From Anthoceros angustus (lineage: Eukaryota > Plantae > Anthocerotophyta), in NCBI GenBank assembly GCA_010909165.1, contig MU008210.1, forward strand, positions 124,001 through 188,000: 64,000 nucleotides of DNA, in the 5' to 3' direction. Made by a program: the position numbers and the translations under genes. Positions 43,700 through 58,400 of this stretch are shown here, one piece after another. Under the pieces are notes generated by a model that had not been told where the DNA came from, searched no databases, and saw only the letters and a list, made by a program, of their open reading frames with translations. How positions within the stretch are numbered: the first letter of the stretch is position 1; every line of letters starts with the position of its first letter.

Positions 43700-46600
43700 G
43701 ATCTCGGGTTGAAGGTACTTCTTAACCTTCCACCCATTCACTCTAGTTGGCAAATCCCCATCCGGCTGCGTGGTTGCGGATCCATTCTCATACTGCCACC
43801 ACCTCATAAGGTCCCATCCATCTCAGCCTAAGCTTCCGGAAGTCCATATACGGCTATCATATAGAAGAACCAAATCCCCATGATAGCTTCTTGCTTCCTC
43901 AACTTCCCATCATGCCTATCCTTTCTAAGCTCCACGAATTGTGAGTTTCTTCTAAAGCATCTTCCCTCGTTCCTCATGCTCTATGAAAGATTCTAGTCTA
44001 GCTACGGCTATCTTCTGTCATCGCTCATCCATGATTCTATAGGTAGGTACTTCAAATTCCACGGGCATCAGGAGACATGCCATATGTTAAATAATAAGGG
44101 GTCTTCTTGGTTGTCACCTTCTCTGCTGTCACTGTAAGCCCATAACCGAATGTAGCTTAGTGTCCCAATCATACATGTGAGTCAGTTACCTTGGTCAAGA
44201 TTGTACACAACAGCCCATTCGTTTTCTCAAACCATTCGCTTTGGGATTGTAAGGAGTTGTCTTTCGATGCCGAATGTTGAAGTAGGTGGTGAGAGTCTCG
44301 ATCACGAGTTGAGGAAATGAGTTCCCATCGCAACTCAAAAGGACATCCATACCTCGTTATAATGTTCTCAAAGAGAAACTTGCTCTGCGGTCGTCGTCCT
44401 TCCTTGTTGCTTGACCTCCACCATCTTTGTACAATAGTCCGTAGCCACCAAGATATATTGCTTCCTTGTCCATTGTGTGGGTGGCTTGATTGGACCTACA
44501 AAATCTATACCCCACTTCTCAAATGGTGCCAAAGGTAGTATGTAGGTGAGAGGCCCTTTGTGTTGACAAAGTGGGCCTTCCAACCCTCGACCGCATCACA
44601 CCTCCTAATAAATTCCCACATCCCTGCATTGTAGCCCACGCTGCATCCAAGACCTTCTTCACTGTGATTTGCGTCGAATAATGACCACCAGCCTCTTCTG
44701 CATGTAAAGCTTATGTGACCAAAACAGCTTCTCTAATTTCCAGACATCGCCGAATCTTCTCGTCTGGACCAAGCTTGTACAAGACCCCATCCCGTAGGCA
44801 ATAAGGGGCTGTCTTGTGGAGAAAAACAGCTCGCCCCTCCCTAGACAAACCATCAGGCATGATTCCATGCTCTAGAAAATTCGTACCTCACCATTCAACG
44901 GTATCTTGGGCATGAACGCCCCTCACGTTCAATCTCCTCCTTCCACATACCACGTCGCCTCCTGCTAGCTCGCCCACCAGCAGCCCCAGACGGCGTTGAT
45001 CCATCCACAAATCCAGTTTCTCCCCGCTTTGTCCATGCTGCAAGTTTTTGAGCCTGCAGCCTGTTTGCATGCTCCTCCTCCAACAATGCTCGGATTTCTT
45101 CCATTCCTGTTGGTCTAGCCTCGTGTCCAGGTCCAGTTCGTGCTCCCATGGCGACCTCCTCGCCTGTTTGCACCTCCATGGCCACCTCATGAGTGATTTC
45201 CCACGAATCTGCCATTTTCTTCTCCTGCCGTTTTGCTCAAGCTTCATGGGATGCATCTCCTTCCTCGCCCTCTGGCGCACCTACCTCCCTAGGGCCTTCT
45301 CCTCCTCGCGGCCCCATGGCGCACGGCCGACCTTGCCAAGTGGGGGCCTTTTCTTTTGGCGGCGCTCCCATGTCCGTTTCGCTTCTTTCTTTTGCCAACG
45401 CTGGCCTCCACTTGCAGCCCTCCTGACTGCTCACCCTTGAGGAGCATTCCAGCCTCCTCCTCGCGCCCATACTGGCGCCTTTTATCCCTCTCGGTTCCAG
45501 TTGTCCTGCTGCGGCCTTTCACGCTCCCTTCTTGCTCATTTGACCTCTGCTGGCAGCAAGGCTTGCTGATCAATGCTTAGGCCGTCCACAACATGCTCAC
45601 GTCCTCCCCTTGACCCGGCCGTGGCAACCAACTCCTCGTCGAAATCGGTCATCTGGCTTCAAGTCGCTCTCCGGTTTCGGGCGAAATGAAATCGGCATTC
45701 GATCAGCTTCCACAGCCTAGTTTCTCGTCATAATCAAACTCTTGCAGCAGTAGTACCCACGGCAATCCTTCGACAAATCGGCTTGTTTCAGGTACTTCAG
45801 CATAAAATGGTCAACATGAAGCGTCACTTTGCAAGCAAGCGGATAGTGCCTAAACTTCTTACGAGTAAATGATACCAAGACCCTCTCGCTCTGTGGTTGA
45901 GTAGTTCTTCTCTCAGCATCCGTGGATCTAGAAAATCGGATGGTCCGTTTCTTCTCGTCCTTACGGCTTAAGATGGTCCCAATGGCATAAGCGGACACAT
46001 CCACGTATACATGAAACGGTTTCTCCCAATCGGGCGCGTGGTGCGCTCACCGGCTATCCTTCACTGAAAAGCCTCTGTCTTGCACGTCCATTCGAAAGGT
46101 GTATCCTTCTTGGTCAATTGGGTCGGGTGCCTTCTTAGCAAAATCCTTGATGAACCTCCTGTAATATCCTACCGGTCCTACAAAGGCACTTTGCCTCACC
46201 GTTTGGGGTGCGTCCATCTATATCGCCACCTTCTCCTTATCTACCAATCCTCTTGAAACTCGATGTGCCAACAAAATACCTTCCGTCATGCCAAAATAAC
46301 ACTTCCACGGATGAAGCTTCATGTTGGACTCCGCATCGAAAACATCTTAGGTGCCCTAGGTGCGACTTCCTCCAAACACGCAAAATCATCCGAAATACCT
46401 CCATGAACTTCGAAATCTCGGAAGATAGCATTCACCACACCGAAAAGTGGCGGAGGCGTTGCACAAGCGAAGGTAGCTTGGAATAAGCGTAAGTGCCCCA
46501 ATCGGTTGTGAGCGTAGTCTTGTCTGGTCCTCCTCCTCAACGAAATCGGTTGTAACCGAGTACCCATCTAGGCATTTCATGGCCACCTCATGAGTGATTT

Positions 46601-48705
46601 CCCATGAATCGCCATTTCTTCTCCTGCCGTTTTGCTCAAGCTTCATGGGATGCATCTCCTTCCTCGCCCTCTGGCGCACCTACCTCCCTAGGGCCTTCTC
46701 CTCCTCGCGGCCCCATGGCCTGGCCCGACCTCGCCAAGTGGGGCGCCTTTTCTTGTGGCCCGGCTCCCATTTTTGCTTCTTTCTTTTGCCAACGTGGCCT
46801 CCACTTGCAGCCCTCCTGACTGCTCACCCTTGAGGAGCATTCCAGCCTCCTCCTCGCGCCCATACGCCCTTTTATCCCTCTCGGTTCCAGTTGTCCTGCT
46901 GCGGCCTTTCACGCTCCCTTCTTGCTCATTTGACCTCTCTGCTGGCAAGGCTTGCTGATCAATGCTTAGGCCGTCCACAACATGCTCACGTCCTCCCCTT
47001 GACCCGGCCGTGGCAACCAACTCCTCGTCGAAATCGGTCATCTGTGGCTTCAAGTCGCTCTCCGGTTTTGGGAAATGAAATCGACGATCTTGCTTCCAGC
47101 CTAGTTTCTCGTCATAATCAAACTCTTGCAGCAGTAGTACCCACGGCAATCCTTCGACAAATCGGCTTGTTCACAAGGTACTTCAGCAAAATGGTCAACA
47201 TGAAGCGTCACTTTGCAAGCGAGTGCCTAAACTTCTTACGAGGGAAATGATACCAAGACCCTCTCGCTCTGTGGTTGAGTAGTTCTTCTCGATCCGTGTG
47301 CATCTCGGCATAGAAAATCGGATGGTCCGTTTCTTCTCGTCCTTACGGCTTAAGATGGTCCCAATGGCATAAGCGGACACATCACGTATACATGAAACGG
47401 TTTCTCCCAATCGGGTATAGCGTGGGTGCGCTCACCCTGTCCTTGTCTGAAAAGCCTCATCTTCGGCCGTCCATTCGAAAGGTGTATCCTTCTTGGTCAA
47501 TTGGGTCAGCAAGGCTGCCTTCTTAGCAAAATCCTTGATGAACCTCCTGTAATATCCTACCAGTCCTACAAAGGCACGCACCTGCCTCACCGTTTGGGGT
47601 GCGTCCATCTCAGCTATAACTGCCACCTTCTCCTTATCTACCTGCAATCCTCTTGAAACTCGATGTGCCAACAAAATACCTTCCGTCATGCCAAAATAAC
47701 ACTTCCCTGGATGAAGCTTCATGTTGGACTCCACACAAACATTGTCTTAGGTGTCTAGGTGCGACTTCCTCCGCCAAAACATAAAATCATCCGAAATACC
47801 TCCATGAACTTCCGCAGAAAATCTCGGAAGATAGCATTCACCACCACGAAAAGTGGCGGAGGCGTTGCACAAGCGAAGGTAGCTTGGAATAAGCGTAAGT
47901 ATCGGTTGTGAGCGTAGTCTTGTCTGGTCCTCCTCCTCAGAAATCGGTTGTAACAGTACCCATCTAAGCTGCATTTCATGGCCAGCCACCGTGTCCAAGC
48001 AGCATCCATGAAAGGCAAAGTGGTGGTCCTTCTTCGTTGCTTCATTAAACTTCACGAAATCACATTTTTGGTGGTTCAGCTCCAGAATCCTTGGTCGGAT
48101 CACCAGTCTTGGGGCCTTTTCACCTGCTATTCCCAGTCCCCGTCAAATGTCGATAATAGGCTCTACCCTTCCAGAATTCTCCTTCTTCCTCATCAATCCT
48201 CTGACCCCTCCTCTTGACACCATCTACTTGTGGCGGTGTACACCAACTCATTTTGTGCTGCCACCTTCGTGAGGTCCTCATAGCTCGGTCACCGCCTCGG
48301 CTCACCCCGTACTACGAGGTGTACCCATCAATTTGAGCGCGGACTCCCTTCATAGGGTGCCTTGCTCCATGACCTGGCGACCTCAGGGGCCCTACCCTAC
48401 CCTTAAATGTAATGCTGAAATCAAAGACACAAGCAGTACCATACAACCAAGGCCTGCCTATCAAAACCTTGTAGCCTAGATCCGACACTGGCCTCATGAC
48501 AATGTAGGTAAGATGGAATGTGAGACCACCAATCACGGTTGGCACATTTCTCAGCACCCCCAAGGGTTTCCTCCTTGTTTGATCTGCCATCCTCAAGAAC
48601 ACTCGGATTGGGTTAAACTTGGTGAAACCAAGGCGATGGGCTGTCTCCTCTGTCATCAAGTTGACTCCAGAACCCGAATCTAATGGCACATTAGGCACCA
48701 AGCGA
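43700..48705 (-). pseudogene. pol: pol (PR-RT-RH-linker-INT), frameshifted, with a ~1.4 kb duplication
   Basis: VPLDSGSGVNLM (48312-48701), RT thumb ORF 47432-47734, RH fragments, and [14 protein letters not shown] (44368-44583). Duplicated units start at ~45178 and ~46579. Confidence 0.9.
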
Positions 48706-51700
48706 CTGCAATCTCAATTTCAATCTGCGCTCCCAAATCAACAAGTTCAACCACATTTACCTCCACCGGCCTCCTTCGTCCCCATGGGTTCGGGGATCCC
48801 CTAATCGCTTCCTTCACAATTTTGCGGGATCTTGGACTCACCGCAAGCAATTGTCTCAAGCTGACCACAAATTCTCGGTCAAGCAATGCATCAGCGAAAC
48901 TGGAGATCTTACCTGGCAATGTTTCCTCCCCGTTTGCAGCCCTGATGCTGGTCGGCTCCGACCTTATTGGTAAACTCCTCACACTCTTGGTCCCTCCTGT
49001 TGGCTGGGACTCCATGACCAGCGGATCGTCAATTTCAGGCTCCGCTGCCTCTTCTTCCATCTTCGCATGTTGGGTGAGCTTCCTTAGCTCATCCTCCAAC
49101 ATTTCTGCCACTTCCTTACTGATGTCAGGGGGAAACACCCTTCCTCCCTCTTCCGCTTGTGGGTGGGTCACTCCCTCCCTCCTACCATGGTAGGTTCGCC
49201 TCCTACCCGTGGCGTTCCTCCTACCATGGTAGGAGCATCTCTACAGTAGGCGTCTTATGGACCTCTTCATTTCCTCCTCCTCTACCAAATTCCGACCCCA
49301 CGAGTCTCCGAGGCCAAGGTGAGTCGTCCCTCACCTTCCTTTTCTTCCGTTCCTCTCGTTCACGGCGCTTTCGGATTTTCGGTCTTTCTCTCGGCGCTCG
49401 GTCGTGGTAACTTTGGCCACCAACAGCCCTTCTGCACTCATCTCTCCTTCATACCCTTCTTCTACAATCCCCACAGATACCGCTGGATTCATCAAGAAAA
49501 TCGAATTCCGCTTCCACCTTCAAAACCGGCGTTGTGGTCACCGTGATTGCGGTTTCGGGGTTGGACGGCGTTCCTTCCGCTGCAGGCTCTGTGAACCTCA
49601 CCCCTGGGCGTGCTGAGGCTACCCTTGCTACTCCTGAACACCTTGGGTCGCCAACCTTGTGCCCCAACTCCTTGCATACTTGACAAAAAGGTACATAACC
49701 CATTTGTTTCCGAGGTTCTGGGCATTCATTCGAATAATGACTAGGTGCTCCACAGTTATAGCAGCAACCAGGCGGAATTGCCATCGGCCTTTGGGACGGC
49801 TCTGGTCTCCATGGTCCTGGTGAGGTTGGCCGTGACCCATACCTCACAGTGACTGGTGCTGCAGGTTGGTAAGTCGCCCTCATCAATTGAGGTGGTCGAC
49901 TTCCGATGTTACACGCACTTGGTAAGCCTCATCCACGTACCAATAATCACCGGGCATGGCCAGATTCCACGTGATTCACGGCGCTTTCCGGATTTTCGGT
50001 CTTTCTCTCGGCGCTCGGATCGGTGGTAACTTTGGCCACCAACAGCCCTTCGTCACTCATCTCTCCTTCATACCCTTCTTCTACAATCACAGAATACGCT
50101 GGATTCATCAAGAAAATCAATTCGCTTCCACCTTCAAAGCGTTGTGGTCCGTGATTGCGGTTTGGGGTTGGGCGTTCCTTCCGCTCTGTGAACCTCACCC
50201 CACAGGCGTCTTGAGGCTACCCTTGCTACTCCACAGACACCTTGGGTCACCTTGTGCCCCAACTCCTTGCATACTTGACAAAAGGTACATAACCCATTTG
50301 TTTCGAGGTTACGGGCATTCATTGAATAATGACCAGGTGTAATTATGACACCAGTGGAATTGCCATTGGCCTTTGTGGACTCCGGTCTCCATGGTCCCGG
50401 TGAGGTAGGCGTGACCCATACCTCCACGGCGGCCGGTCTTGCGGGTTGGTAAGTCGCCCTCATCGATTGAGGCGGGCGACTTCCGATGTTACTGCACTTG
50501 GTAAGCCTCATCCACGTACCAATAATCACCGGGCATGGATTCCACGTGATTCACGGCATGCGCGGTGCTCGGATACATTCCGGTTGGTGTGTCGGTTTGA
50601 TGACAAATTGAGCAATACACCAAGCTCTTGGTGAGGTGACCTGCGTGGAGCGTGATTCTTCACAGCCTTGACCTCCAATTCTGTCAATCTTTTTGTCAAG
50701 GCTTCCACTTGTCCTGCAATCCCCCCTCCTGCGGTGGACGTTTCTCCCTTCTCCATTCGGCGGACTGTCTTTCCCTTCCTTTCCTTCTCCAGCGCACGTT
50801 CAGCTTCCTCCTGCCTCTTCTTAACCTTCTCCAAGTCCTTCCTCATACGTCGTTCATAGGCTTTCTCGGATTCTTCATCCGACGTGGAGCTCTCCTGGGT
50901 ACCACTCTCCTCACTTGCAGAAGAAGAAGATGGGGACGAGCTGGAAGAGGAAGAAGAAGAAGAAGAGCTAGACCTCCTGGACCCCTTCCTCTTCTTATGA
51001 CTCCTTCTCTTTTTCCTCCTTCTTCCTAGCTCAGCCGATTCCCACTCCTCTGCTAATCGGATTGCTCCAGCCAATGTCTTAGTCCCTCGCCTGCAGTGTA
51101 CCTCCATCTTTCGAGATAGTCCACTCACAAACCAGTCCAACGCTTGCTCTTGTGAGTATCCTGATGTGGGTGGATTTCCAGGCATCACAGGCGCACACTT
51201 CGGCACTCGATCGAGGTAGCCATAGAACCTCTCAACATAATCAAACAAGGACTCCCTCTTCTTCCTACGGAGAGTTCTCAATTTTGCCAGGGTGTGGTGA
51301 GCGTAACTGAGACCCCGAAATCGATTCAGAAAGGCAGCCTTCAAAGAATCCCAATCTACAGGCGCACTTGCCCCGTAAGTTCGACTGTACCACTGCTGGG
51401 CATGCCCCCTCAGCAACCCAGGAAAGATGCGCAGTCGATCGGCGACCGTATCCTCCAGATTAGCATGAAACATGCTCAAAGTGCGCTAAGCGCCTCTGTC
51501 GTCTCTTCCTCTTTTCCCCAAACTTGACATCTGCTGGCTGGGGTTGTGGCAAGCCCCTCCTACCGATTCCACTCATGATCCCTAGTCCGGATGAGCTCGC
51601 GTACTTGCGCCCTCTTCTGCGGGGTTATCCAACCAAAGTTCTCTGCGAAGGGTGTTACGCACAAAATTTGGGCCTGCTGGGATGGCGTCTCCCTAGGCGT

Positions 51701-52430
51701 TCGTCCCAAGATGGTGAGCTGGGCAGTGATCCTATCAAGGCGCTCCGCAAGATCCTCAGACCAGGCCTGAATTTCTCCACGCTCACCCTTCCTTCTTCAC
51801 TTTCTGTTTCGCTAGAGGTTGAGCTAGACCCATCACTTCTGAAGGTCCAGCGTTGAGGAGGCCCAGTGCTGGTAGCTGAACTTGAATCGCGCTCCAGAAA
51901 TGGTGCTTCCTCCTCGCTTTCCTCTTCACACACTAACTCCTCTTCAACCACCTCCTTTACTTCGCTGTCGGTGATTTCGACGTCCCTTCTCTCGGCGTTT
52001 TACGCTGGATCACTTGGCTCCCCTTGTAGGCAAGGGCAAAACAGCCTCCTCCTCAAGCGCCCTTAGCTCTTCCTCCTCCACAGGAGCCGTGCAACCACCC
52101 TGCGTTTTCCTCCCTCCATTGATTTCTTCTTGCAGCTCTTAGATCTCTTGCGATGTGGTGGGGTGACCTCCTATGGTTTCTCCTCTCCCCTCCCTCGCTA
52201 GTCATCTGCATCCTCATAGCCTCCAAAACACGGTTGTTAAAGAAAAATCAGCCAACCGACGCCATGCGATTCTTGCTGCGGGAACACAAAAATCACACCA
52301 TTCGGAGGCGTGGGCTCCTCCTTCACAACGCACAGGTTCCAGGACGTGTAGGCCTCTTCCTAGACCCCGCTCCACCTCCTTACAAGATCCTCTCAGCTCA
52401 TCTGCAAGCTAGCGAAAATCTCAAAATTTC
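48705..52430 (-). pseudogene. gag: gag (core ORF 50526-51479, 317 aa; Zn knuckles at 49449-49886)
   Basis: Retrotrans_gag-like LRGHAQQWY...DWDSLKAAFLNRF...ESLFDYVERF. CYNCGAPSHYSNEC. ~615 bp duplication at 49365-50560. Confidence 0.9.
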
Positions 52431-52444
52431 AATTTGACCACAAG

Positions 52445-52458
52445 TCCCGACAGCGCCA
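52445..52458 (-). other. Primer binding site TGGCGCTGTCGGGA
   Basis: Same sequence and 3-nt spacing as 5911-5924. Confidence 0.8.
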
Positions 52459-52461
52459 AAA

Positions 52462-55400
52462 TGTGGGAGGCAGATCCGGGGCTCGAGATGCACCCTCTAG
52501 CGGCCACACTTATCCCCTTTATCGTTTCGTCGTTGGGTTTCGTCCCATGAGACTTGGGAAGCAGTCAATCTTGATCGTCTACACTACTGACTACACTACC
52601 TCAGCCTTCTAAACAAGCAAGGCGCCTCTCACGCTCCCTCTACAGCAGCTACCCGCGTCTTTGCGAAATTCACCAACCTCAACCTACAACGACACCACAC
52701 AATTGCAGTCACGTCTTAATGAAGGTGTCTATCACGGGCGCCAGGACCCCTGACCCCACGCCTTCGTCCCTACTCCTAAGACACTCTTCTCCACAGAGCC
52801 TCTTACTTGCAGTTGGGATTCGTCCCTTAGGCTCGCCTGTGGCCTTCCAGTTTTCCTACCCTCTAATCCTCCTCACAACTCAGCCTTATTAGGAGATTTC
52901 CTTGTAGCATCATCACTCCATCTCTGCGGAGTAACATGGAAAGATGCAGTCAATTATCCAATTGCGAATAAATGACTCCTCCGCTACGCCATTCAAGAAG
53001 AAGAGATAAGGACATCTCCGTCCTCAACGAGTTTAACTCTTCCAACTGAGATCGCCTTGTCGTCCTGCTTCTTCTCTTTTCCTTGGTCCTTTTGAACTTC
53101 TCGCACTCTCTTTTGAAGTGACCCTTTTGTGACAATAGTGACACTCCACATTCTTATTACGACTACGAGATTTGCTACGAGAAACACATCCGGTTGCTTC
53201 CCTTCGCAGCGGACCTCCCTCTCACTATGAGGGCCTTTGGAACCTTTGGAAGGTTCCATGTTTTCTGTTCACCTCCCGCCAAGTGCTACCTTCTACATTT
53301 ACAATGGTAAGACCACTAGCAGTGCACTACTCTCACAAAGGTGTCCCAACCTCCTGCCACCTGTGGCTAGTTTCTCTGGGCGCGTACCGAGATGAGCCGG
53401 AAAATGGTATTGAAATCGCTCATGATCGGACATCCTCGTCCCTTCCTTCATCTTCAAGTCATCCAACAATACACACGAAGCCGCACTTTGCTTCTCATAC
53501 AAGCCACACATGCCTTCTCCATGTAGAATCTCTGTGGTCTTATCTTTCACATTGAAGTACCTTGTTTTGACAATGTTAGCATGATAGTAGATCTAGCAAG
53601 CTCATCCAGTCCTGCCACTCATCACATGTCATACTATCTGCTGACGCTCTTTATGGCCACTGCTCGCACTAGAACATTATACACTTGTTCTTTCCTGGAA
53701 GTTAGTACCATCTAACTTCTCAATATTGAACATGCGCTTCCCGTGATGAAGACATCATGACTCAAAAATCGTCTGAGATAAAACACTCGACTCGCCTTGG
53801 AAAAGTCAAGAAGTCCACCGTAAGGCCGTGTATTCCTGTGCTATTCACATGAGTATTCGTGGTCCGAGAATTTGCTCACCGCCCAAGCAGCACTCAAGCT
53901 TCCGCCCTCACCTGTCGCTCGCGCAAGACTCCGCCTCTCCGCGGCCTCCGGCCTCATGCGCCCAAGACGGGCAACCCCAGCGGGACGGCTTGCTGTTCAA
54001 GGCCGACGCACCATGGGGTTTCATATGCGTTGCGGCGCGCCCGCCCCCAACCCCTCCCATGGAGGCCTCCCAGCTGCGAGGCCTTGCGTTCAGCCTTGCT
54101 CCCTCCTCACGGCACTGCGCGTCCCCCTCGCCGCGATCCGATCTGCAATTCCACATGGCCATCTCAGCTAGAAAATTCTAGCATCACACAACCAAACCAA
54201 AGCTACGATACTACGTTGAAGGTATCGTCCAGCATGATGGTGGAAGCGGAGAGGAGAGGAGAGGCAAGTGTAACTCTCTCACATTGAGATGAGGCTTGGA
54301 GGTATTTATACCCTCAATGAACTCCTAGGAAGCTCACAAGAAGCCCCTAGGAAGGAGCACAAGAAGCTTCCTAGTGATTGCTTCACTAAACTAATGATAT
54401 TTCACCTAATTTAGACTAAGTGTATTAGTCTAAGTACACTTTGATCCACAGGGAGCGCCCTCTTACTTGGTGATTTGGGATTCGTCCCTTAGACTCTCCG
54501 CTTGTGGCCTGCTTTTTCCTACACTCTAATTCTCCTCACAACTCTCTCAACAACGCCTCTTCTCTACTCATCTACCTTCCTTCCTCCACAATCTCCTACT
54601 CTAACATCGATTCTTTGGCTCATTAATTCCAACGCCCCACGGCACAACCCGCTTGGGGTCCGTCCGGAAATTAACAAGTTCTTCCTTGGGTTGCTATGTG
54701 GTTTGTACCAGAAATGAGAACCTCCAGGAGTCTTTCCTGCAGTCTACCCTCAAGCCGAGAGTTCCTTGAGCATCGCCACACACTCAAAGCAAAACAATTC
54801 ACACGAACCATTCACAAGGGGAGAGCTAGCGCAAAGAGCAAGCCTCCGCCCGACACTCCTGCGTTTCTCTCTCTACGGACACGCTTGGCTTGCGCATGAA
54901 ATTCACACAAAGTGAAGGACTCGGGAGGATGGGAGGCGCAAGACACGATAATTTTACTTCACAAGCTCCCTCCTTTTATAGGAGGTCCTCACATCAGCCC
55001 TCGCCCCCTCCCTCAGCCTCACTCCTTATTTTAGTGTATCCTATTGTGACTTTAAGTTCGACATCCAAGCATCTTGGGTAAAATTCTATTCTAGCAAATT
55101 CACCTATGTGAGCCTTAATGGCTCTGTCAACATTCCTATCTAGCTAGTCAACACACTTGGTTGACAAGCATTAATACTGTCCTCCTCTAAAGAAAAGTCT
55201 TCCCAAGTGGCATCTTGCCCCATGTCTTCAAGCTAATTTAAGGACTTCTTATGAATCCCTTCCTTATCTTGATGCCTATCTTGAGTTCCTTCCTCCAATA
55301 AAATAGCCGGGCTCTCTTAGCCAGCTCATCCTCGCCTTCTTCCCTCACTTGTGGAGCAAGTGAGCTCTCCTGCACCCATGTTAGGAGGTTGGTCTTCTCC

Positions 55401-58400
55401 TTGTGATTCTTGCTCCATTCACTGCAAGATCAACCCCTCTTCCTCCTTTCGCAAGGGCCAAGGTACTCGCCTCCCTTGCCATCAAATCCATGCCTTGAAT
55501 CCGCCTTCCCGGCCTCCTACCATGGTAGGACCTTCTCCTACCACGGTAGGAACTCCTCCTACCACGGTAGGAACTCCTCCTACCACGGTAGGAGTTCCTA
55601 CCGCCGTTCTTCTTCCTCCACAATCTCCTACCATGGTAGGACCTTCTCCTACCATGGTAGGACCTTCTCCTCTTCCTCCAACTCCTCCCTCAGTTTCCTT
55701 CACCCTTGTTGCTTGGGACACTCTCCAAGTCTAAGGCTTCCGGTTGGACTTGCATGAGGGCCTCCCTATCATCATCATGAGGTCCCAACATTCTCCTCTC
55801 AAAGTCGCAACAACTCGTTAGTGGCCTTGAGCACCTTGTTGTGAAGATGGGTGCAAATCGTTGTTGTGCCATCTCCAATTCTTCGTAATCCTCAAGCCAT
55901 ACTCCATGCTCACACTTGCTTTTGTAAGCATCTCGCTGTGGCCAGCTCACCGGTCTTGACATGGAGAGCCACATTCTCCGTCCTTTCATCTGCGGTTGGC
56001 GGATCAATCTCTCTGTAGGGCATAATCGCCCGAAATCTCTGCTCCCTCGCCAACATATGCTGCACCGCCTCATGACCTTTCTCCTCCATTTCTTCCTCCA
56101 ACTCCCCTATCCTCCTAGGGAGTTGTGCATTCTCCTGTTGCTGGACTTCTCGTTCCATTTCCAATATTTGGACAAAATGTGTCCGTTCTTCCAGCTCCTC
56201 TTCTTCTTCAACTCCAGCCTCCGGATTTCTCCCAGCTCTTTTCCATGTCACTTCCACAGGTGGCTATGACCCGCTCATGTCGCCTACTTGCCTTCTGCCC
56301 CCTCATTTGCTGCGAGATTGCTCTCGTCTTGACCTCTCCTCCATTAGCAGCACTTGCTTGTCTTCTTTTCCCATGTCGCGCACCATGTGAGCAAGTTGCT
56401 CCACCTTCTCCTCTCGAGCTGCCAATTGCTTGGTAAGAGCCTTGTTCTCCGAATATGATTGTTGCCTCCAGCCTTCTCAAGACTCTTTTCCAAGTGCTCC
56501 ACTTGAGCTTCCATCCTCATAACATCCTCCCTGGGTTTCGCTCGCCTACCGCCCTTGCTTGGTAGGTCCTTGTCTTTCCGCCTCCGTCTTCAAGAATTCA
56601 ACTCTCCTCTTGGCGGCTCCTATGTCTACCTTCTGAACATCCCCCTATGCGCAGCATCTCCTCCAACATGTCCAAGTCTCCTTTCTTACCTCAGGAGACT
56701 CAAGGCCTTTGCCTTGCTCATGGGATCTTACATCCCTTGCTTCCCTATGATGAGCCCCGCTCATCACTTGGTGGGGCAACTCCCCACCGTGACTCCATCC
56801 GCTCGCCACCTAGCGGGCGGTTGCCTTCTTAACCATGACTCCTTCTCCCACCGTGGTAGGGTGCTCCACCAAGGACTACTTCCTAGTGGTGACTGCCAGT
56901 AGTCTTGTCATGAGAGGAAGAGAGGTCCCAAACCAGTGGAACACCTCCCACCCTTGTAGGCGGGATTCCCGCCATGGTAGGATCTATCCTACCTTCCATC
57001 CTCTCGGGTCCAAACTTCAAATCCCCTACAACTTCTCCTTGCAAGTCCTCGCATCCTCGCCTATCTTTGGAGGATTCCTTCCAGCAATAATGTCCGGTGG
57101 TCTGCGGCACCTTTTAGCTGCAAAGCACCAAGCAATCCTGTCCTCTTTGTCACAATGTTAAAGGGATGCTTGGAATCATCCAACTCCTTACTTGTGAGTA
57201 GCCTCTACTCCCCAAATGCACTAGATAAGTGCTAAGATAGCATATGGACTATCCTTCATCCCAGCGTTGGGTTTGAACTTCTCCGTGGATGTATGCTTCA
57301 TACATGATGAGCCCCAATCCCTTCCCTGGTGATCTTCCATGAGAAGGAGGAAGGTAGAAATATGACACCCTTGGATTGCTCACCAAGCCCAAAACAATTC
57401 TTGTGAACAATCTCCACTTGGCTCCAAGATTTGGTCCGTCGCCAACGTTCTTGGACTTAGCCTTCATGCCCCTTGCATAAGTGTAAGGGCTCCCTTGGGA
57501 AGATCCGCCGTTGATGCGCTTGCCTCCTCGTTCCTTCCATCAGCGTGATTCCGCTATCCTCGCTATCCGGCCTGCCATATACTGGCGTATGCTCCTCATC
57601 CAACAGTGGATCCGTCCGTGCGTTCCTATCCGGTGGCGGCCAATTCCTCTTCCGTCTGCGATTAGCAAAACACTCCTCTATCAATTCAAGGTTGGTGTAA
57701 GACCAATGTCGCCCATACACCACTCTAGCTGAATATTCTCTCTCTGCTGCCCAAGGTCAAGTCGAAAGGTCTCTAGAGGATGGCTGCCTGCACGTAAATA
57801 AGGGCATGTCAAATTTCCACCCTCAGTCGATCCTCCCGCCTTAGACCTCTTGCAGCTCCTGCGCCACCTCCCTTGGTGGACGCTCCTTCCTTAGCTACTA
57901 CCTCCTTGCCCTTGGTCATGGTAGGCTTGGTCATGGCCTCCTTGGTTAGTACTTGCATTGAAGAAAAGTGATGCCTCTCCTGCAATTCCTGCACTGCCCT
58001 TCTTATCCTTGCAAGCGTTTCTCCTCCTCGATTTGCTCTTGCTCACAGCTCAAAGGTCCTTGCCCTTGCTCTCCTCCTGCAGTCCTTACACCTTGGCGTC
58101 CCCAAAACCCGATTTCTCCTGCAAGAAAGCTCAACAAAATTCCCCGGACTCTTACACCACATTTAGGAGCCCTTCCTGCACGGTTTCCTAGCAATCTTGC
58201 CACGCTCCACCCTCCTAGGCACCCTCACGAGCTTGGCTTAAGTGTTGGGTTCGCCCCAACCTTCTTCTCCCTTCTCTTCTTCCTCTTTTCCTCCTGCTCT
58301 TTCTCTTGGGCGCTGGCAGTTTACGCCTCCTTCTTGAGCTTGCGCCTTCTCCTCCTCAACACAGCAGCGTGTGCGCGTTGCTGTATGGGGGCCTTGGGAA

